A DNA stretch of 64,000 bases from the human T2T-CHM13v2.0 reference genome, Homo sapiens: the NCBI RefSeq assembly GCF_009914755.1, contig NC_060929.1; one strand, given 5' to 3'. This document shows, one piece after another, positions 1 through 15,505 of the stretch (its first letter is position 1; each line of letters starts with the position of its first letter). Under the pieces are notes generated by a model that made no database searches, was not told the origin of the DNA, and saw only the letters and a list, made by a program, of their open reading frames with translations. The position numbers and the translations under genes were made by a program.

Positions 1-834
1 TTTTATAAAACAAAGACACAAAAGCTTGTGGTTTGCCCTGTTTCCCACTCTTTCCTGTGTCTCTTCCAATTGAGTAGGGATCTGATCTTGTGCTAGAATG
101 GGGGTGAGGTGGGAGAGATTTACTGGAAAGGGAAGAAAAGATGAGATACAGAGAAGAAGTAAAATAAATGAGTATTTAAAAATAGTAACCATCTGTATGC
201 GTTTTTTTTATTTCCTACTTTATCTTATACACAACATTGTTGGCAATGCAGAAGGAGCTTAATAAAGACTTTCTCCATTAACTCGTAGAGCTCAGTCTTT
301 GCATTTTCAATGAAAATGATGAGAACTTCCATTTCTGCCACCAGAATTTTTAAGGCATTCTTTTATGTTTTGTTTTCTTTAATTTTACAGCTGCATTAGG
401 TTTAACCAACATTGTTACAATTTTAGCAAAAAGGCATCCTTTTTTTTAAATAGATGCTTTTTTCATCCTAATATAACATCCTTTTCTGTAGAAAGGCATG
501 AGGAAGAAATGTAGAATCTGTTTACAAAAGGGAACTTTGGCTCTCAATGAAATCACCAGGTAAGTAGGTGGAGGTGAAGTCTGAGCAAGCAACTGGCAGA
601 AGAACCCCCTCTGCTTACCTAATTCCTTGGCATAATTAATTCATTCACAAACAATGCCTATGTGGGTTCTGTCAGGTACATCCCTGTCTGAACACCTTGT
701 TTCATCCAGATGAATCCTGGGTATTTCTGGTGGATTTTAAAGGATGCTACAAACAAAGCATACTCAGGGAACATTCAGTATCAGTAGATGGATACTTCTA
801 CATCAGCCTTAAAGGACCCAAATGGCAAAAGCAG

Positions 835-1070
835 CAGAGGGTAGTGGTGCCAGCACTGTAGCCAGACCTTGTGGCTTGAATTGCAGGTCTTATTAGCTGT
901 GGGTCCTATGGCATGGGCACCTCTGGTCCCTCTGTTTTCTTCTTTGTAAACAAGTGGGGATAAATATACTCGTATTGCAAGACTATTAGGAAGAGCAAAT
1001 GAGAAAATACGTCCTCTGCCTTGAACACTGCTGGACACATGGCAAATGTAATGTAGCATTAGCTATTATT
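835..1070 (+). mobile_element. MIR SINE relic
   Basis: Degenerate MIR core (agctgtgggtcctatggcatgg...tctttgtaaacaagtggggataa); boundaries approximate. Confidence 0.55.
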
Positions 1071-1339
1071 ATCATCAAATCTTTGTTCTCTCCTTTTTGT
1101 CTGCCATTCCCTTCCTGATTACACCTCTTTACCCAACAAAACCTCTGAAAAAAACACATCTAAAATTTTACCATTTACCATTCTGTTCAACATAATTGGA
1201 ACTGCAAATGACTTCATATAACCTGTCATTTTAGGACACTTGGAATCATGTCCTGCTTAAAGCCATTGCTTTGAAATGGGCAACTGCATTCTGATTTTTG
1301 CATTCCATCCAGGTCTTTATGCAACTGTATTTCCAGTCA

Positions 1340-1830
1340 GTCTTTAGTTATGTTAGTTTAAGCATGTTAGATATAAGGAATCAGAAGCCCAACAAAAAGT
1401 AGCTTCAATATAAAATAAAAGCACATATAGTGGTCTATATATCTAGAAGTCTACAAGTAAGAAAAAACTCTGGATTGTAAAATTCAGTGACTCAACAATG
1501 TCATTGAGGTTTCTTTCCATTTTTCCTCTGCCTACCACAATGGCAGATTGCCTCTGAGGCTAGCCTTACCTAGGTGGTAATATGACTTAGCCTTACCTCA
1601 CAGTGGTAATTTGACTGCTGACATTTTCTCAAGATACTTGCTCTTACATATGTCCTTGGAGAGAACCAGAGAGATGCCCATTTCCAGAAGCTTTCAGAAA
1701 AGAGAAAGGATACTTCTCAGAGGTTACAGAAAATTTCTTCTCCAGTCTTATTGGCCCACATATTGTGTCATCCACGCTTGAAGCAATCACTGTAGCCAGG
1801 GGAGGGGAGCACACTGAGTAGGTTATGCCT
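1340..1830 (-). mobile_element. Old MaLR (MLT1J/K-like) LTR relic
   Basis: Weak resemblance to MLT1 reverse-strand motifs (ttattggcccaca...aagcaatcactgtagccaggggagggg); highly diverged. Confidence 0.35.
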
Positions 1831-1967
1831 GAACTACATACCCCACCCTCAGTGGGAACAGGGGACAATCAGTCTCCTTCAATGGGCAAGGACTCATGGG
1901 AGGTGTGGCTACCCAAAAAAAAAACCAGGACAAGTATCCAAAGAAGGGGGAGTGGACCCTATGGTGG

Positions 1968-2707
<740 letters not shown>

Positions 2708-2768
2708 GGAGGCCATTTCAATATCAATTCTAATAACCATGCCACCTGACTAAAATCATTCTTCTGCT

Positions 2769-2814
2769 CTCTGCTAAAAATCTGATTTCACCTCTGCTAA
2801 AAATCTGATTTCAC
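2769..2814. repeat. Perfect 23-bp tandem duplication (CTCTGCTAAAAATCTGATTTCAC x2)
   Basis: Identical copies at 2769-2791 and 2792-2814. Confidence 0.95.
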
Positions 2815-4442
2815 CTCATCATACTCAACACAGGACTGTTTCTATTTTTGTTTGCTTATTTGTTTTGTTTTGTATTAACAGCAAATATCATGACCCATAC
2901 ATGTCTTGAACACACGGAATTGTAACTGGCCACAGCATTGAGTCAGAAGACTCACTTGGCAAATTCATAGTGGAAATGACTATAAAGAGTAAAGTGCACA
3001 CAAAGGCCTATTCATATATTTTAAAAGTAATTCTATATGGTGCCCTGCTTTTAAAAGTGGATTTTAGTGGAATTAGATTTGAACAGCTTGAACATATGTT
3101 TAGATACATTCAATTTTAGTTTCTAGCTAATTTGATGAACTAGCAGTGAATAGTATATGTCAAGGTGAACAGGTGCTTCGGCCTCTGGCCTACCAGCCCC
3201 AGTATGATAATCTGCTGTTCTGCTGTTGTCGATCTGTTCCCACCAGGTCTCACATGAAGGAAGATGTTCACCCTGAGGACAAGGCCCCTGCATGCATTCT
3301 CAGGACGTTCATGTTTTCTTTACCCATTCCCTTCCATTCAAATGTAAGTAAATAAGAGACAAATTTTTTTATAGGTATGAATTTGAATCAGCTCTAATTT
3401 ATAAAAAGAGAAAGGTTGTTTTCAAACTTTAGTTTTTGCATTAGATAGGTTTGGCTAGTTATGCTGCAACAAGAAACAACTCTTCGGGGCTTGCCACAGC
3501 AACATTTTGTTTTTCACTCAATGTGAACTTATAGCGGAGGGGATGCTCTGCTAATCAAGACCACCCAGGCACCCAGCTGGCGGAAACACCATCTCAAAGC
3601 AGCTCACAGGGTCACAGAGCTGAGCGAAGGTGACATCACCAATCACAAACTCATTCTTTATGTTTTTGCCCTGGAATGACATATCATTTTTGTTCTCATT
3701 TCATGACCAAGATAAGTCACATAGGCCATGCCATGTGGGGACAAGGAAAAGCAATCTTAACATATGCTTTGAGAAGGAAAAATGGAGTATTTGTGAGTGT
3801 TCTAATTACCACTACAGATTTAAAAAGAGAAAAATCATTAGTAACAATGAGTTAGGATATACATCACTGTTCTACTTGTTAATTGCACCTCCTGCTAGCC
3901 AATAAAAGCTTAGTTGTGCCATCTCTTAAGCTGAGGAGGTTCTTCCTGGACCATATATTCTCCATGTTTACTACACGGAAAGGGGGCTTTTTGGATATTT
4001 TGCTGATGTTTACATATTGTTAAATTCTAGTTTAGCAAAATTTAACATTGTACATATATACCTATATATTGTAGCATATTGTATAGATAAGCACAGGGCC
4101 ACTCTATAATAGGTTCAAAACCAAAAGATAAAAATAGTTCTCCCATAACACAATGAATAACCAGACTGAAAATTCCACTTAAATGGTTACCTAATATTAG
4201 TCTGTATAGCATCGTCTTCTTTCTAGAAATACCTACATATGTATATTTATAATGCTTAGGAAAAACCTGGAAGTAAATTCATTAAAATGCTAATTATATC
4301 TGGTTATAATAGTAAATAGTATATTAATTTTTATTTTACTTTTCTTTTATCCGCATTTTCTAAATTTTCAATGATGAATGTCCTAAATAATAAAATTATT
4401 ATCTCATTGCATTTGTGGTCAGGTGAAATAACTGAAAGCAAC

Positions 4443-5104
4443 TGTGATAGGCAGGATTCTGAGATAGCCCCAAGATCCCAAGATTCCTCCCCACAGTGTA
4501 CCTTGTATATAAGGAACACACCTTGTATAATCCTCTCCTATTGAGTGTGGGCGGCACTGTGAATACCGTGGGATATTGCTCCTGTCACTATGTTATGTTA
4601 TATGACAAAAGGGATTTTGTGGATGTAATTCAGGTCCAAAATAAGTTGAGTTTGAGTTAATCAAAAGAGATATTGCCTTGGGTGGGCCTGAGCTAATACA
4701 GAGACAAGCAGCAGCAGAGGCCATCCTCTACTGACCGTGAGGAAGTAAGCTGCCCAGTTGGTAGAGGAGGGGACCATGGTTCAGCATGAGAAGGTGGCAT
4801 CTGGGAGGCCTGACTGACAGCCAGCAAGAAAACTGGAACCTCAGGAATATAGCTGCAAGGAAATGAATTCTACCAACAACTGGCGAGCTTGGAAGAGGGC
4901 TCTTCCTCTCAGGTGAGCTAGCAGCCCTAACCTGCTACTTGATTTTAGCCTGGCAAAGTCTTGAGCAGAGACCCCAGCTAACCCATGCCTGGACTGCTAA
5001 CCCGACAGGATCAATAGATAATGAATTTGTGTTGTGTTAAGTCACTAAGTTTGTGGCCAGTTTGTTACACAGTAAAAACAAAACAAAACAAAACAAAATA
5101 CACA
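4443..5104 (+). mobile_element. MLT1E/F-type MaLR solo LTR
   Basis: TGTGATAGGCAGGATTCTGAGAT start; 3' end TTAAGTCACTAAGTTTGTGG...TTTGTTACACAG...ATACA; near-TSD GCAAC/GCAAT. Confidence 0.8.
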
Positions 5105-5464
5105 GCAATGTCAACAACTGTCAGAAGATTGTTCTGCATAAAGTCAAGAAAAAGTGAGGATAAACACATATTTAAAAAAAATTTTTTTTCAAATGGAAAT
5201 CAAAATTGCAGTTACCTTTGTGGGAAGTTTGTTATTGGGAAGGGGCAGGCGGGAGCCTGCTGGAAATGTTCTACATCTTGATCCAGGTAGTGATTGGTGC
5301 AGATATTAAAATTCATCGAGATGTATACTTAATGACCTGTGTGCCTGTACTTACATCCCAATAAAAAATAACGAACTAAAGCCAGTGAGCTTGACATCAA
5401 TCATTACGAACATTCTCTTAGGTAAGTCTATGTGTCTTGAGCATGATAGGCACTCAAGAAATAC

Positions 5465-5612
5465 TTTTCTTTATTATAGTAAAATACACATAACATACAC
5501 TTTGCTATTTTAATCATTTTAAGTGTACAATTCAGTGACATTAAGTACACTGGCATTGTTGTGCAACCAGCACCACTATTTATCTCCAGAGCTTTTTCGC
5601 CATTCCAAACTG
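5465..5612 (-). mobile_element. L1M 3'-end fragment
   Basis: ttttaagtgtacaattcagtgacattaagtacac...ttgtgcaaccagcaccact is typical of an antisense L1MA/MB 3' UTR. Confidence 0.7.
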
Positions 5613-8437
5613 AAAGAAATATACTTTATTGTTGAGACACCTGGCTCTGTTATTTTTTTTTTTTCTATGCAGACAAGTCAAGGAACAATACCAGATGATT
5701 ATCCAGGCACTTCTCATATTATGCTTGTTTTTGTGTGAAGTTAACATGAGCACTGCTATGCTTCTAGGTTTTTGTTAAGTAAAAATTCTTGGAAGATGGC
5801 CATTTATTTTACCCAATTTTATCAGCTTAGTTTTTTATAATCCCTTGCCAGCCCCCTCATCCATCACTTCCTCGCTCAAACCATATTCTCCATTATAACA
5901 AATTACTTGTGATTCTCAGAACACACTAAGACCATTTGGCCCTTGCCCGTGTACTGCACCCACCCCACCCCCCGAAATGCTGTCACACCCTTCCATGCTT
6001 GGCAAACTCAATTCAGGAAATTGCATTGAGCACTTGCTCTGCGCTGGGTGCTGGGTACCCACTGATGAACCTGCCTCAGTCTTGTAGGGAGGTGGGCACT
6101 TGTCCTTTAAGTCGTTGTGCAGATACCAGCTCCCTGTGACACCTTCTCTGACTGCCTTCCTTCTATGCCCCACTCTCCCATTGCCATCTCTTGAGGCTGT
6201 CTTAGAAATGTGCGCATACAGCCCCCTACTTCAGAAATCTCCCTATTTCTTGACTTTTTAAAATATCCTGTCTCCTCTACTTAACTGAAATTTACTTGAA
6301 AATCAGGTTGTACCTAGTTCACTTTTGTGTCCTCTGCACCTACCATACTGCCGGGCCAATGGTTGACCCTCTTTTGATATTCATTGAATGACCGACTTGA
6401 GTGTTGGGTAAGAACATTAAGGTCATAATTACATTGGAGGTGCTAGCTAAAGATCAGGGCACCTTAACATCTGAAGGTCACTGAAAGGTTTAGTTAATAG
6501 TTGTGACAGGTAGAGAAAATGAGGAGGGCACTGTTAAAGTCTTTTCTGTATGACGGGCTTGTTAATTAAACAGCAGAATGTAGGAACCTGTGAACATTGA
6601 CTCCCTCCCCTAGAAATGGGCTCCCTTTCTTATTAATTAAGTTGAATGCAGTACACTGTAAATCTCCCAATGCTTATTCCACTCAGTTCATACATACTAA
6701 TGAGGACACACGTATGAGTGTGGTGGTGGAGGAGGAAATCATTTATTCAGCAGTAGGAAAAAACATAACATCAGGACGTGGACCCCCTGCTGACTTTACA
6801 CACAGTTTTCTTAAAGATTTATATTGGCAGACTAGTTAAGTAACTGAGTGCATTAGATAAAGAGCATGTCATTGCAAAGGTTACAAGAGACTCTTCGTGT
6901 TTCTCCACTTAACATCCTATAGATGAGGGTGGAAAGTGTGGACACAATCTCTCCGGCTCTTTCCTCCACACGTAGCTACCATGTTTAAGTTTTCTACTTC
7001 TATCAAAAATTTACAACAGAATGTTCAGAGAACTTTCACCATTCCCTGTAACTATAGAAGACAAATTTTGGTACGAGATGACACAATTACGTTTGTCTCC
7101 TTTACACTGAGTGTATTTAACATTTTAAAATGTAGGCGATAGTCTCATTAGCTAAGAGAGAAAGTATTCTGAAAACATAATCTCAGATTTTATGACTGGG
7201 CTTATGTTATTTACTAACTTCCAGAAAGAGGAAAAAGGGTAAGATAAGTCCTCAAGTTATTGTTTCATCTGCAGGAAACGACTTGAGCTCCTCCTGGAAG
7301 TGAAATATGCATTATTTTCTACAAGCCCACATGCTTGGTCAGCTCTGTTTGTATCCTGCCTGATGACAGTTTAATGATGGCAAAACTGAAACAGTGCATG
7401 TGAATTTCATAGTATATCCACCTACTCTATTGTGTTTTGAACATCAGTCCAAACAAAATTTTTAAAAACCTACAGAGAAAGCATTTGTATGTGTATATGT
7501 GTGTGTATGTATGTGTGTGTGAATATATAAATATGGCTTTTAAAGTATTTCATAAAGATATTGAAATGAAACAATCTTCTCATAAGAAATCGGGTGAGTT
7601 GGTATTACAGTTTTCTTCCTACCCTTTTTCTTTTGTGTATATTATGGGCATAAAGGTGTAGGAACAATTTACAATAGGCGAGTGCCACTGGGTTGATTAA
7701 TTGGTTGAATGGGTTTCTTTTGATTGTGGCCAGAACAAAACCTGGAACTGAGGGCCAGAAATGGGCAGTGTCTTGGCCAGTGTCACATAGCCTGTTAGAA
7801 GCACAGCAGAGGCCAGCCCCTCAGCTCTCCTGATACCCAGTGGGTTGTCATTTCACTAGAGAAAGAGATGTAGTTGCTAAAATTTTCCCTCTTTCTTTGC
7901 TTTTCTTATTTATTTTTTTCCCATATGGTGTCTTCCATCTGTATCTTGATACTGTTTCTATTAGCAACAACAAAAGAACTCACTTTTGTTTTGATTTTTA
8001 ATTTCTCTTGATGCATCCAAATCTTTTTCTCACTGGGTTCCCAGCTAACTCTGTCCACTCTTCTCGTCAATACTCTGTTCCTGGGAGGTCTGGGTCTGTT
8101 TACTATGCTTTCCTGGCTGAATCAAGATAGCAGGAAGAGTTGGAGTGCTGACTTTGTTCCGTTCTCTATTTTACCACAAAAGTAGAGGGAGGTGGGGTGG
8201 TGGGAAGAGAAATTTTAACTACGGGTGAGAAATTCTTTGCTTCCTTTTATAAGAGAGGGGGTTTTCCCATCACACCAGCTGCTGTGTAGTACTAACTCAT
8301 GAATCAGATCACATTCTTTCACCACCTCGCCCAGTGACACCTTCCTCAAGGCTGGACCTCTGCTGAAGAGAAGCAGGAGGAAGCTCTGCAAGGTGTGCAG
8401 AAAATACTCAGCAAGTCTTGGAAGAAATACAATATAC

Positions 8438-8737
<300 letters not shown>

Positions 8738-9722
8738 AAGAAATACAATATACAACATGCGAGCAAACTGTCAAGCTTTGATTGTTGGCTCTTCCCCTCT
8801 TCCCATTGTAGGCCCTTAGGTAAGTCGTGACTACTTTGGACCTCATTTCCTCGTCTACAAAAATTACCTCCCTCACAGGCAGGATGTGAGGATTAGCTAA
8901 AGCATTTGGCATAAAGCCTGGTCTGGAGTTAATTATTCATTTTATCAGTAGCACCAACAGGTAGGACATAATTTCTTGGGAACATTCGCAGATTTTCTCT
9001 GAATCAAGAAGTCAAGAAACAGAGCTCTGGCACCCAACATCCTTCCCTCTCTATCCCCGCCACCATATACAAGTTTTCTTTCTTGGGAATAATGGTAGGA
9101 GAAAGAGTTTAGGCTCCTGGGAGGATGTCCAGATAAGACATCAGGGCCTCAGCCAAGAGGTCTGAGTCCTAGGTGTATTCAGGTCCTCAAAGAGAGCTTC
9201 AGTGCCAGGCTGGGCACTGAGGCAAAGCCCAGAGAGCCACCGCAGCACGGGTCCTTCCACCAACTCCATGGTTTACTGGCAAAGGACTCCTGCTGAGTTG
9301 AGGAGAGCAGAGCTAAGCCTGTGGAGCAATGGCATCACCTAATCCTTCCTGGTTGGCTGTGGCTCCCAGGTTCCCTCACCACCTGCTTGGGGGTAGGTTG
9401 TGCCTTCCTGCCATCTCCATGTACCTTGTGATATAGGCCCACTCCCTTCACACGCGAATATTGCCCTCTTGGGTGCTTCATGCTGCTGGTGCTCTGCTCC
9501 ATCACCTGTATCCCCATATGCCCCAGGCTCCTGCCTCCAAGCACGCAGATGGCTTCCCTGCGGCATGAAACGGTGTCTTCCTTCATCCTTAGACTGAAAC
9601 ACTGGCATTTCTAAAGTCACTTCCGTATGTGCAATTTGAAAGTGTCAACGCTGGCTTTGTAGACAAAAACCCCACCTGGAGGTGGAGATGGACAACTCAG
9701 ACAGCAAAAAGTAGCTGCAGGC

Positions 9723-10181
9723 TTTCACGTGCGTCTGTGTGAAGAGACCACCAAACAAGCTTTGTGTGAGCAACAAGGCTGTTTATTTCACCTGGGTGCA
9801 GGCGGGCTGAGTCCGAAAAGAGAGTCAGCGAAGGGAGATAGAGGTGAGGCTGTTTTATAAGATTTGAGTAGGTAAAGGAAAATTACAGTCAAAGGGGGGT
9901 GTTCTCTGGCGGGCAGCAGTGGGGTGGCGGGGGGGCGGTCACAAGGTGCTCAGTGGGGGAGCTTTTTGAGCCAGGATGAGCCAGGAGAAGGAATTTCACA
10001 AGGTAATGTCATCAGTTAAGGCAAGGACCGGCCATTTTCACTTCTTCTGTGGCGGCATGTCATCAGTTAAGGCAGGAACAGGCCACTTAAATATCACTTC
10101 TTTCGTGATTCTTCAGTTATGTCAGGCCATCCGGAGGTCACAGGGGATATGATGGCTTAGCTTGGGCTCAGAGGCCTGACA
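9723..10181 (-). mobile_element. HERV-H solo LTR (LTR7 family), copy 1
   Basis: Minus strand begins TGTCAGGCCTCTGAGCCCAAGCTAAGCCATCATATCCCCTGTGACC and ends ...CACGTGAAA; TATA (9853-9860) and AATAAA (9782-9787) on minus strand; perfect 5-bp TSD CAGGC. Confidence 0.95.
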
Positions 10182-11119
10182 CAGGCCTCCATGGATTCCC
10201 AGCTGCCCTGGAATCTCCTGTTTCAGGGGGAGTTCACAGGAAGCCATGTTAGGGCATTTCCATGTCGTCCTGGGCCCAGACTTCCAGCCCCGAGCAAGGA
10301 CTTCAAGTCTTGGTCAACTGCCATGACAGGGCCTCAGCATGGCAGCTCTCACTGCAAAAGCTGGCAGGCCTTCAGAAGAAGCTGAAGGTTCCTCTGCCAT
10401 TTCCAGTGTAATTCTCTGAAGCCCAGGCCCATCCAGTTTAACTGAGTAGCTCCCCTTCTCATACTCCTCCCACTGTGATGAGAGGCAGAATGAGGCTCGC
10501 TATAACACATTGTGAAACAGGTAAGAGGAGGCAGAACCGAGGGTACAAATTCATTTTTCTTGTTGCCATATTTCCTTGCTCGTTATAGTTTCTTTGCACC
10601 CTAGAGCTCTTGTCAGCGACCCATTTTGTGAATGGAGACATTTCTGCTTTGAAGTCATAATTTATCCTGCAAGAGCTGCTAAAAGAAGCACTTTTAAACT
10701 CAGATCTGAGCGAAGGCTGGGAATTGTAAGTCACCTACAAGCACTTGGGTAAATTGCAAAGAGTAGAGTCTTTACCTCAGGGAGTTAATTTTAACTTATT
10801 GCTTTTTCGTCTGAAGATGGTTTTCTCAAACATTTTCTCCCTCTTGCTTTCATTGCAAATTCTGGCTTAGGTTGTACAAATTAGTGGTCTGTGATTTATT
10901 TATGACATTTAGTTTGCTGTAAGTTAACTTGGACTATTGCATCATTAACTATCTAGCTAAACAACAGTTTTAAAAATTAGCCCATGGAAAGCCTAGGGAA
11001 ACATTATGTATTTTTTGACCTACTCAAAGTCAATTACAATTACTACCAGCCATCCCTCTTCATAAGTCTTAGAGAGGGAATATGGAAGAGAAGTCAAGAG
11101 GCTTCACGCACTTGCATAA

Positions 11120-11330
11120 GCCTGGATTCAAATCATGTCTTTCCCTGTGATCATTTCTGTGACCTTGGGCAAGTTACTTAACCTCTCTGGGCTTCAGTTT
11201 CCTCAACTGTGAATGGAAGTAAAGCTTCTGCCTTCCTCCTAGGGTTGTTGCAAGTAGAAAATGAGTCACAGATGTACAAAGACATTAGAAGGCTGCCTGC
11301 AACATAGAAGCAAAATGTAAGTACATTTTA
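11120..11330 (+). mobile_element. MIR SINE
   Basis: MIR core tgtgaccttgggcaagttacttaacctctctgggcttcagtttcctc. Confidence 0.85.
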
Positions 11331-11973
11331 TTATCAAACTGTCTTCTAAATGTGTTCAGAATATGTAAATACATGGAGATGAGAGACATACAGAAAGTAT
11401 TTATTTGTAAAAACAGGTATCTTTTGCTTTTATGGTTTGATTAATAATTAAATGGCTATTCAAAGCAGATCAGATTTAATGCAAAGGCATTCATAGTTTT
11501 ACCCACTGAAGGTGTTTTGTTTTTTGTTAAATACAATCAGGTGCATTATCTATTTAAATCTTCTGGGTCTTGTGACAATGCTGTTTTGAATCCCATGTTT
11601 TAAAGGTTGACAGAAAATGTCTTCAATGTGTGAGTTTGCATAATAGAAGCTATCTGACTGAATAGGGCTATATTAAGTGGCCAGCGTCTCTGGAATCTCC
11701 TCACCACTCTTCCATACCTTCCCACACACTCTCAACAGACACATGTGGCACACTTACTGTAAGCGACAGAAAAGAAAAGTAATAAAAACACATCTCTGTC
11801 TCCATATGTTATTGCATTTTCTACACACTGCGTTTTCAGAGTAACTATCTTGTTGTTAAATTTGCTTGTAGCTGACAAAGCTATTCAGGAATAAACAATA
11901 CCCTCTGTCAGTTGATAGGTGGCCAATTTTCCAAAGAGGATTCTTTTGGAACCCCTTAAAGTATTCCTTTGTT

Positions 11974-12411
<438 letters not shown>

Positions 12412-12459
12412 TTATTTTTTTGGGGGGTGGCGGGGCTTTCTTAACAAAGAAATAATTTG

Positions 12460-12770
<311 letters not shown>

Positions 12771-13155
12771 AAAGAAATAATTTGGAGCTAAATCTCTACT
12801 GATTGGGGGCCACTTCGTCTTCACAGTGTGGATTTAGCAAGGCTCTATTATCATATCCATTTTATTGCCAGAAAGTCCAAGGGATTTGGCCAATTTTGGT
12901 ATAAATTAGATTGATCACCTGGCAGTCACAATTCAGCCACATGGATTTAAGCAGCTCTTTAATAGTTTGGGGACCCCTAAAGGAAAGGTCATGCAACTCT
13001 AATTTTAGAGAATGGGAGATGGGAGTAGCCAGAGGGAAGGAGGTTTGCAGTCTTAACCTGGAGGCTCCAAGTTCTGTTTCCAGCGCAATTCTCTTCCTTC
13101 AAACCCCAGGGAAACAGGTCCTCCTGTTTCTTGCTTTCAGAGCCCACATGATATC

Positions 13156-13872
<717 letters not shown>

Positions 13873-14943
13873 TGATATCCTTTTTTTCTAATGTGTATCA
13901 TGTTGCAAACTTATATTAACTTTTATGATCACCTGAATACGCTCTATCTCTACCAGGAGGGCAGGAATCCCATGAGAGCTGCGAGGGTGTTTTACTTACC
14001 ACTCTATTCTCGACATCTAACCAAGTGCCTGGCATACAGTTGAAGCTTAATAAATAATGACCAGTGGAGTGCTGTCCTCTGTGCACATTTTTTGTGCCAA
14101 TTTTCAGTGTCTTCTGAAAGACACTGACTTTCAACTGTTGCCATTGACTGAGGTCATACATGATAGAGGTGGCTGAAATTACCACATAATCTTCTGGTCA
14201 GGCAGGGAGGCATTCCATCGATCAATAATTTTAAAAGGAAGTATTAGATTCACACCATTTACTTACTTTGTGCTCAGTGCTAGAAACTGAGGGAAATATT
14301 AAAAAGTCTGTCTCTTTGGCCAGAGAACTTCAAAATCTAGCTGGCAAAATGAAACTTACACAAATGTCATAATTAAATGCTAATTTTTTTTTTTAAATTA
14401 AGACTTACTCTAGGGGAAGTAAAGTTTCAGAGAATGGAGTGATGAAGGTGTTCTGAAATGAATGGAAAAGGTTTACACGGGATTAAGATTTAAACAGGAA
14501 AGACGGTAGGCTTAGAATATGTCAGGGTCAGAGGCAAGACTTTCTATGTGGAAGGGAGGGGATAGGGTGAGCAAAGACACAAAGCCTGGCATGAGCATGG
14601 CTTAAGTGAGCAGAACAGAGCCACTGACCAGACTGGAGTGCATGAGAGAGAAAAGGAGGAGACCAAAGTCAAATTATGGAGTACCCCAAAATGTGCTGTG
14701 TGATCTTGATAGCAGCCCTGAATCCAACCTGGTCAGTCTGAGATTGTGATACCCAGCGTGGGAGGGATGGTAGTATGGGCAGTGGTAGAGCTTGGAGAAC
14801 AACGAAGGAGTTTATCCTAGCTCTCCAATCCACATTCTCCTCTTGGTTTCCATTTCACTGCAATTAATTTTTTTACTTTAAAGTGCTCAATTTTTTTACT
14901 TAAAAATAACGCAAGGATGAATCATTCTAATCTCCCTATGAGG

Positions 14944-15128
14944 CAGTGGTTCTCAAAGGTGGATGTACATCAGAATCCTCGGGGATCTCATTTTACATGG
15001 TGATTCCTGGAACTGCCTCCTACCCCACAGCCAAGTTATGATTTACTAGAGTAAGATTAGGGTCTAGGGGTCTGCATTTTTGCAAAGGCCTAAAGTGGTC
15101 TATGGACAACATTTTGTGGATATGGCCC
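14944..15128 (-). mobile_element. MER5A-like hAT-Charlie MITE
   Basis: TIR CAGTGGTTCTCAAA, followed by gtacatcagaatc...tctgcatttt. Confidence 0.7.
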
Positions 15129-15210
15129 TAAGGGGTAAATGACCTAAGGAAAGAGCAGGAAAAATCTCAGAAGTTGGGTAGCCAGAGAAAGGCATAATAG
15201 AAGCAAACTG

Positions 15211-15505
15211 CACAGTGACCTGGATGAGATTGGAGACTATTATTCTAAATGACGTAACTCAGGAATGGAAAACCAAACTTCGTGTGTTCTCACTGGTATG
15301 TGGGAGCTAAGCTATGAGGACGCAAAGGCATAAGAATGATACAGTGGACTTTGGGGACTTTGGGGGAAGAGTAGGAGGGGGACAAGGGATGAAAGACTAC
15401 AAATATGGTGCAGTGTATACATGGATGAAGGGTGCACCAAAATCTCAGAAATCACCACTAAAGAACACACTCATGTAACCAAAAAAAAAAAAAAAAAAAA
15501 AAAAA
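15211..15505 (+). mobile_element. 5'-truncated L1PB-type 3' UTR with poly(A)
   Basis: GACCTGGATGAGATTGGAGACTATTATTCTAA...GGGAGCTAAGCTATGAGGACGCAAAGGCATAAGAATGATAC; A25 tail; near-TSD AAGCA(AAC)TGCACAGT. Confidence 0.88.

Noticed and set aside
1560-1616. Imperfect ~27-bp direct repeat (TAGCCTTACCT..GTGGTAAT.TGACT x2) as a CRISPR-like array
   Set aside because: Only two adjacent copies, no spacers, eukaryotic context; an ordinary old tandem duplication
5410-5428. Second AG|GTAAGT motif (CATTCTCTTAG|GTAAGT)
   Set aside because: Pyrimidine tract too short; expected by chance
8790-8826. Apparent 8-nt micro-exon (TGTAG|GCCCTTAG|GTAAGT)
   Set aside because: The donor lies in a decayed MIR core (ccttgggcaagt-derived), so it is likely coincidental
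8950-10450. GC-balanced unique stretch around LTR7 copy 1 that might be an old processed pseudogene
   Set aside because: No translation I recognise in any frame, and no poly(A) or TSD; a BLASTX search would settle it
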